A stretch of DNA of 64,000 bases from Octopus vulgaris (Eukaryota), in contig OX597825.1 of NCBI GenBank assembly GCA_951406725.2, positions 65,472,001 through 65,536,000 of the forward strand, read 5' to 3'. Both the position numbers and the translations under genes were made by a program. Every line of letters starts with the position of its first letter. Positions within the stretch are counted from its first letter, which is position 1. This document shows, in pieces, positions 56,701-64,000 of this stretch. Below the pieces are notes generated by a model. The model saw nothing but the letters and a program-made list of their open reading frames with translations, was not told the DNA's origin and ran no database searches.

Positions 56701-56709
56701 CTTAATAAT

Positions 56710-56885
56710 GTTCAACCTTAGGTCAGCTCTGATCAAGCAGAAGAACGATTAAAGACAATAATGCCATGACCATCTCAACTTGTAGCATAATATTGACTAC
56801 TTTAAACAATGAATCCTTTGGGGGTTTTTTTTTTAAGACTATAATGTGTCATTCAAAGGAAATTTAACTATTATTTCTAGCAAGT
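56710..56885 (-). mobile_element. Old interspersed repeat family F
   Basis: Its reverse complement aligns loosely to 58740-58847 plus 59652-59730, and to 6330-6440 and 8335-8450. Confidence 0.5.
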
Positions 56886-57104
56886 TGAACCATTGCAGAG
56901 GGTTTATTCATTCACTTGAATTAACGATATCGATGACGAGGGTTGCAAATGAGTTGCTGTCTGAGAACTTTAGGTCGATTCTACGTCTTCGGCATTGATT
57001 TCCCCTCTTCATTTTCTAAGCAGATTGAAGTTTTCTTACTACAGAACATAAATGTCATTGCTTCCTAACTAACATTGATATGAAGACTTGCAGATACAAA
57101 CACA

Positions 57105-57159
<55 letters not shown>

Positions 57160-57564
57160 TCGAAATGCAGAGTAGATAAAACAGGGGACAACTGAAGAAG
57201 GGGAATATTCTTTATGTTGTATATCTTGTTTCTCAGTTTTTTTCATGGCTCGTAAAAAAGTTCGTTTTCTGTTTTTGTTTTTATGTTTTCGTTTCTCATT
57301 ATGTCTACGTTTTTTTTATGTTCTGTACCCATATATGCATGTATATATACATATATATGTAGACATGTACATATATGTATGTATATATGCATATATTTAT
57401 ATATTATTTATATTATATGATTGAACACCATGCATCCTTTTCCAAGTATATAAATATATATATATATACACACACACACATATACATGTACATACATACA
57501 TTACATATATATATACATGTATGCGTGTGAGTGTATATACATATATGAGTGTGTGTATATATAT

Positions 57565-57725
57565 AGTTGAAATTTATAGGAAAACAAAGAACGAAGGCAG
57601 GTGTATGAACAACAAGCAAGTGTATTGGTTTGACACTTGGGAAAATGAAAAAGTCTTTTATGTTTTGAGCCTATGCTCTTCAACAGAAAAAAATACAAGA
57701 AAATAAACAGAGAGAATGAAAAAAA
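57565..57725 (-). mobile_element. Penelope-type terminal fragment, degenerate hammerhead-like motif (57656-57690)
   Basis: Minus strand TTTT-CTGTTGA-a-GAGC atag GCTC-AAAACAT-AAAAG; related to 58080-58255. Confidence 0.5.
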
Positions 57726-57907
57726 GCTTGTAGATTTCAGCATTCCAGCATGGCAAATGAATATAATGCATACATGTATGTATGTACGAACGTATGTATG
57801 TATGTATGTATGTATGTATGTATGTATGAATGTATGTATGTATGTATGTATGGAAGTATATACACTTACACACACACATACACACATACATACATACACA
57901 CAAGGTG

Positions 57908-58035
57908 TTCTTTCAGTTTCCGTCTATCAAATCTATTCACAAGGCTTTGGTAGGCCTGAGGCTACAGTAGAAGACAGCCACCCACGGTACCATGCACTGG
58001 GACTGAACCTGGAACCATGTGATTGAGAAGCCACA
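57908..58035 (-). mobile_element. SINE family A, diverged 5' half
   Basis: Reverse complement of the head and body. Confidence 0.78.
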
Positions 58036-58078
58036 CTTATGCTTTATACACACATGCACATATATATATATATATATA

Positions 58079-58256
58079 GGGAGAATTCACAAAAAATAGA
58101 AGACGAAGACAGGTGGTGTAGACAACAAACAGATGTATTAGTATAACGCTCAGGAAGTGAAAATGTCTTTAACATTTCGAGCCTACGCTCTTCTACAGAA
58201 AGGAACACAGAAAGAAACATGGAGAGAAAATAAAGAATGTGTAGTGACTAGCGATC
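58079..58256 (-). mobile_element. Penelope-type terminal fragment, hammerhead-like motif (58167-58202)
   Basis: Minus strand CTTT-CTGTAGA-a-GAGC gtag GCTC-GAAATGTT-AAAG; in (TA)n; shared with 4600-4687. Confidence 0.55.
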
Positions 58257-58847
58257 TATAAATATATATATGAAAGCAGTTTCAGTTTTCTATTCAGTAA
58301 AATCTCTCATCCTTGACACTGTAGTTTTTTGCAGATAGCAATGTATGTGTGCATATATATATGTAAATAAATGATGTCTGTGTATATATAAATGTGTATG
58401 CGTGTGTGTGTATGTGTGTGTGTGTGTGTTACAAACATTTTGTTTCATTGCTATACTGTTCTACAAAGAATATCTATTGATTGTCGCCAGCACCTTATGT
58501 TTGTATGATAAATTAACACTACTGTTAAATACTTCTATTTTATTACTCATTCCTTCTTTCTTCATTATCGTTATCATCGCCACCACTATCACCACCATCA
58601 CCACCAGCACCACTATCATCATCATCATCATCATCATTAAGCACACAAACACACATGAAAACATAGGTGCACTCACAGAGAAAAGGCAATTCTGATACTA
58701 GCATTCAACAAATATGTTCTTCTATGTGGTGACTAGTAATGCTAAAAATAGAAACCAAATCTTCCTCAAATCATACCCTAACATCTTTAATGAAGCATAA
58801 TAAATTAGACAATATACCTGCAGCCCATCCCTGATATATGTAAAAAG

Positions 58848-59182
58848 CAGTGTTTCTCAATCGTTTTTACATATGGATCCCTTTGATCCCTATTTCACTC
58901 AGATAGACCCAGCAAGCCATTTGAGGTTTAAAAAACCCTATAATATTTATATAATTAAATATTACTCTATTACTTGTTTCAGTCATTTGACTGTGGCCAT
59001 GCTGGAGTACCGCCTTTAGTCAAGCAAATCGACCCCAGGAGTTATTCTTTGTAAGCCTAGTACTTATTCTATCAGTCTCTTTTTGCCGAACTGCTAAGTT
59101 ACGGGGACGTAAACACACAATCATCGGTTGTCAAGCGATGTTGGTGGGACAAACACAGACACACAAACATATGCACACACAT

Positions 59183-59245
<63 letters not shown>

Positions 59246-59651
59246 TATATACATATATATACATATATATACATATATATGACGGGTTTCTTTCAGTTTC
59301 CTTCTACCAAATCCACTCAAAAGGTTTTGGTCAGCCTGAGGCTATAGTAGAAGACACTTGCCCAAGGTGCCATGCAGTGGGACTGGACCCGGAACCATGT
59401 TGTTCGTAAACAAGCTACTTACCACACAGCCACTCCTATGCCTATTTGTTTATTAGGAATTGTAGAAACCTATTAATTAGGAATTGTATTAAAAAAAATT
59501 GTTAAAATATTTTGTGCCTTGTAGAACTATAAAGAATTAATTTCAGATAACTCTAACAACAAAATCTTCTGTGGACCCTTGATGGCCATATGGAACCCTA
59601 ACGGCCATATTGACCACCAAGAGCCATATGGACCACTGTTCAGAACTGATG
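58848..59651. mobile_element. hAT (Charlie-like) MITE interrupted by a SINE
   Basis: Termini CAGTGTTTCTCAA.. and ..GTTCAGAACTGATG; ATATGGA(T/C)CC subterminal motifs at both ends; no clean TSD. Confidence 0.55.
58963..59443 (-). mobile_element. SINE family A, full length with expanded internal microsatellite
   Basis: Reverse complement of the consensus. Confidence 0.9.
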
Positions 59652-60188
59652 CATTAGAGCAAGAGCACTTTTAATGCATTAGACTGCTTGATCTAAGCTG
59701 ACCTGGGGTTAAACAACAAAACCAACAATAAGAACAGCAGCAGCAGTGGAAACATATATTTTCTAATCTCCAGACAAAATACAAAAAAAAAAGAACTAAA
59801 TGAAGCCATAAGAGGCATTTTTCCATTTTTTTCTTTTCTTTTGGCCATTAATCACTCCAACACTGGGGTCTTGTTTTCACCCACCATAACTGTGATGATG
59901 CTATCGAAGCCGACAATGCTGTCTTCATTTGTTCTTATCTGAATTGGGTTTCAATTTCGTCTTGGAAATATTTCCATAATATATGAGCCATATTGAACAA
60001 GAGATAGAATTTCTGGGCTATTCTTAACTCCATTTATACATATATTGGTCAAAAAGTCATGAAATGATTTTTGTTTCTTTTTTTTTTTTTTTTATTTTTT
60101 CTTTTTTTCACTTTGGACAGCAGAAGTAAACATAACTTAAAGCCATATCTTCAGAATCCTGGCTTCATTTACATCTTAAAGATATACA

Positions 60189-60219
<31 letters not shown>

Positions 60220-60230
60220 GTGTGTGTATT

Positions 60231-60299
<69 letters not shown>

Positions 60300-60774
60300 T
60301 CATATACATATACTTTTGATGTATTTTGTGTATATGTTATTTAAATTTGATGGGGAGCGGGGTTGTTTGTCTGTGTGTCTTGTGTTTGTTTGTTTACTTT
60401 TTAGCTGAATGTGTATTTTAGAATGAACATGATTAGGTTTTCGTGTGCAAATATTTATTTTTGCGTGCATGTGTGAGTGGTGTACACATACATATGTATA
60501 AATTCGTATGTGTATAACAGAACGTTGAATATATGTGCGTGTATATATGTATACATACATATATATACATATATGTGTGTGTGTGCACATATGTGTGTGC
60601 CTGAGTGTGTGAGTGCATGTGTATGTGTGTGTGAATATAGATATATATGTATAAATAAATATAGATAGATAGATTTCGATAAAGATATATATACATATAA
60701 ATACAAATATATATGTATATAAATACAGATATATACTTACATATAATACATATAAATATTACACACACACACAC

Positions 60775-60814
<40 letters not shown>

Positions 60815-61079
60815 ATGTATATTTATATATGTATATAAATACATAGTTATATATATGTATATATATTTCCAAGAAATCTAATGCTCGTAGCTTAGTTTTT
60901 CCTTGGGGCTGGTCGGATCGGAGCGATCTCAAGATTAATCAGCCGAAATTGCGAGGATGATCCGGTTCTTGACTGAAGATTGAAGGCTTCGAATGTCCCG
61001 TCCGTGTTTTTTGTACTGTCTTCTAAATGTTTTGCGTTCTTGTTCCAGTTTGTATTTTTTTACATATACATATATTTAT

Positions 61080-61377
61080 ATCACGTGATCACGTGACTGA
61101 CCAGACCATCAAATGTTGCTACACATCGCTGGTCACAATGCGTTCGCATTGTTTTAGCCTTCGAACGACGCCACCCCACTGGCTAAGTGAGCAGGCCAAC
61201 AGAAGAGAGAGTGAGAAAGAGTGGTGAATGAGTACAGCAGGGATCACCACCCCCTGCCGGAGCTTCGTGGAGCTTTTAGGTGTTTTCGCTCAATAAACAC
61301 ACACAACACCCGGTCTGGGAATCGAAACCACGATCCTCCGACCGCTGCCCTAACCACTGGGCCATTGTGCCTCCACA
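61080..61377 (-). mobile_element. SINE with family D head but a different 3' region
   Basis: 61200-61377 matches family D; 61080-61199 is unrelated and ends in a (TCACGTGA) repeat. Confidence 0.8.
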
Positions 61378-61444
61378 TTTATATATATATATATATATAT
61401 TGATGTCTATGTATGTAAATATGTGTGTGTGTGTACATTTATGC

Positions 61445-61485
<41 letters not shown>

Positions 61486-62086
61486 GATACTCACCAAGAA
61501 GATGTCACACAACGAGAATGAACCTGATATTCCACGGATGAGATTCAAACTTCTTCACCACACAGCCATAGGCAGTGACATAAGCATTAAATGATAGAAT
61601 GAAAATAGATTTTTCTGTAAAGGTCAGAGACAGCTGCTAGTGATCCTATTTCCAATAAAAGGCTAATCCATTGATATTGGGATTAATCATTACAATAGAA
61701 AACTGGTTAACAATTCTATCCTGGGAAGATATTGCTTTCTGAATTATTTAAGATATCGAATGTATATTATTGAACAATCCATATAAATGAACTAAGAGTC
61801 TTTCAATAACAATTCAATAACACTGTTGTCTTTTAGACATGTAAATGTCATGGAACTAAGGATTGGGATTTCATTTCAACAAATTGCATGTTTCTGTTGT
61901 TGTTCTGTTGTTTGTCTCTTTGTTTTTCATCTCCTACAACCCTCCCCCGCATCAAGCCCATCCCTGAATGAGCAGACAGACCTACTATGGTTCTTTCCAT
62001 GTCCAGCGTCTCCACTTTATTATTTTCTTTTTTAATTTATGCATGATGTATCTTGGTACACGTTACTCAATGTCTCTTTCCAGTTG

Positions 62087-62118
<32 letters not shown>

Positions 62119-62328
62119 TAAGGCAGTGAGCTGGTAGAATTATCATTTTGCATTCCAGACAAAATGCTTAGTGGCATTTTGTCTGGCATTTTATGCAATG
62201 AGTTCAGTTGCCCACAAGGTCAACTTTGCCTTCCAAGTTATGGGATCGATAAAATAAGTACCACTTGAAAAATGAGGTCAATGAAATAAACTCAACTCTT
62301 CCCTAAAAATTGCTTTCCTTGTAAACGA
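62119..62328 (+). mobile_element. SINE family B, diverged, between (ATT)n tracts
   Basis: AAGGCAGTGAGCTGGTAGAA head; GTCAACTTTGCCTT..GATCGATAAAATAAGTACC core. Confidence 0.72.
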
Positions 62329-62329
62329 A

Positions 62330-62385
<56 letters not shown>

Positions 62386-62386
62386 T

Positions 62387-62567
62387 ACTCTTTTACTCAT
62401 TTCAGTCATTTGACTGTGGCCATGCTGGAGCACTGCCTTTAGTCGAGCAAATCGACCCCAGGACTTATTCTTTGTAAGCCTAGTACTTATTCTATCGGTC
62501 TCTTTTGCCGAACCTCGAAGTAACGGGGACATTAGCACACCAGCATTGGGGACAAACACACACACGC

Positions 62568-62598
<31 letters not shown>

Positions 62599-62763
62599 GA
62601 TACGACGGGCTTCTTTCAGTTTCCGTCTACCAAATCCACTCACAAGGCTTTGGTCGGCCCGAGGCTATAGTAGATGACACTTGCCCAAGGTGCCATGCAG
62701 TGAACTGAACCCGGAACCATGTGGTTGGTAAACAAGCTACTTACCACACAGCCACTCCTGCAC
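62387..62763 (-). mobile_element. SINE family A, full length
   Basis: Reverse complement of the consensus. Confidence 0.9.
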
Positions 62764-63124
62764 CTGATAATAATAATTATCATTATCATTATTATCATTA
62801 TTATTATTATTATTATTATTATAAAATAACTGTTCAATATTTGATAGATTGTAGCAAATTATTACTGCATCACTTGCTATTGGGAGTGTACGAACTCTTC
62901 CCAGTACTGTATTGTGTTAGCTCTTTATCCTTAAGGTGTGGTGCTGTCATTTGTTGTGTTACTGCTTGTATTGTGTGTTGAGTGTATATTGCTTTGGTTT
63001 TATAGCTTGCTGGTGGGAGTTTATTTCATTGGGTAAATGGTGTATAGAGTGTGTCTTGTATTTGTGGGTTATTTTGATTAGGTTGTTTTGTTTTTATTAT
63101 TATTATCATTATTATCATTACTAC

Positions 63125-63184
<60 letters not shown>

Positions 63185-63244
63185 TTCCATTCTACTCCTC
63201 AGAACTCTTGATTTTATTTGCTCCAGTTAATTCTGTCAAAATGG

Positions 63245-63433
63245 ACAACAGCTTCTTGTCAATAGTCTCACATTTCGTCTGTCACTATATTTTGACTTCA
63301 AATTCCACTGAAGTCGACTTTGCCTTTCATCCTTTCAGGGTCAATAAATTAAGTGCCAGTGAAACACTGGAGTCAATGTAATCAACTCATCCCTTCTCCA
63401 AACTGGTTGCCCTTGAGGCAAAATTTGAAGCCA
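63245..63433 (+). mobile_element. SINE family B, partial
   Basis: GTCGACTTTGCCTTTCATCCTTTCAGGGTCAATAAATTAAGT core. Confidence 0.75.
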
Positions 63434-63448
63434 TTATTATTATCATTA

Positions 63449-63509
<61 letters not shown>

Positions 63510-63811
63510 GTATTGCTGTTGTTACTATTATTATTGGTGGGGTAGGTTTGGTATGATTTAATGATGATTTGGCAGCAAATTCTGGCTAACTAAACAATCA
63601 TACTGTTAACAATTTGTCTTGATATTTTTCTGTGTTTTTTAACAAACATGAACTAATACTGTCAAGGGATAGAATGTCAAATTAAACAAATTCTTAAAAA
63701 GCTGAAATTTACATTCAAATTTCAAAATCAAATTTCACTAATCTAAAGGTGAATGAAATTTGTTAGATGATACAATTCTGGATATATACTTTTTTACACT
63801 TTTAGTTATTT

Positions 63812-64000
63812 TGCTTCAGTCGTTTGACTGTGGCCATGCTGGAGCACCACCTTTAGTCAAACGAATTGACTTATTCTTTGCAAGCCTAGTACTTATACTA
63901 TTGTCTCTTTTGCCAAACCACAAAGCTACGGGGATGTAAACATACCAGCATCGGTTGTCAAGCAATGATAGGGGTGATAGACACAGACACACAAACACAC
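63812..64000 (-). mobile_element. SINE family A, 3' part (runs off the window)
   Basis: Reverse complement of the tail. Confidence 0.85.

Overview
AT-rich, repeat-dominated eukaryotic DNA, probably intronic or intergenic. The SINE families and very long (TA)n/(TATG)n/(GATA)n tracts resemble a coleoid cephalopod (Octopus-like) genome; this is recalled similarity, not a search result. I found no supportable intact protein-coding gene, and most supplied ORFs are microsatellite or SINE artefacts. Supported content: several SINE-like families (tRNA-headed families A, B, D, E; tail-like families C, F), two degenerate Tc1/mariner transposase relics with a shared TIR, a 3' fragment of an R4/Dong-like non-LTR retrotransposon, a non-autonomous Helitron, a Helentron/HINE-like piece, TTAA and hAT-like MITEs, and local tandem duplications. 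The most notable signal is a set of short, mutually distinct Penelope-type terminal fragments in (TA)n tracts. They carry minimal hammerhead-ribozyme-like folds and/or long inverted repeats. One TSD-flanked element fuses a tRNA-type Pol III head to such a tail. Coordinates are hand-counted and may be off by a few bases.
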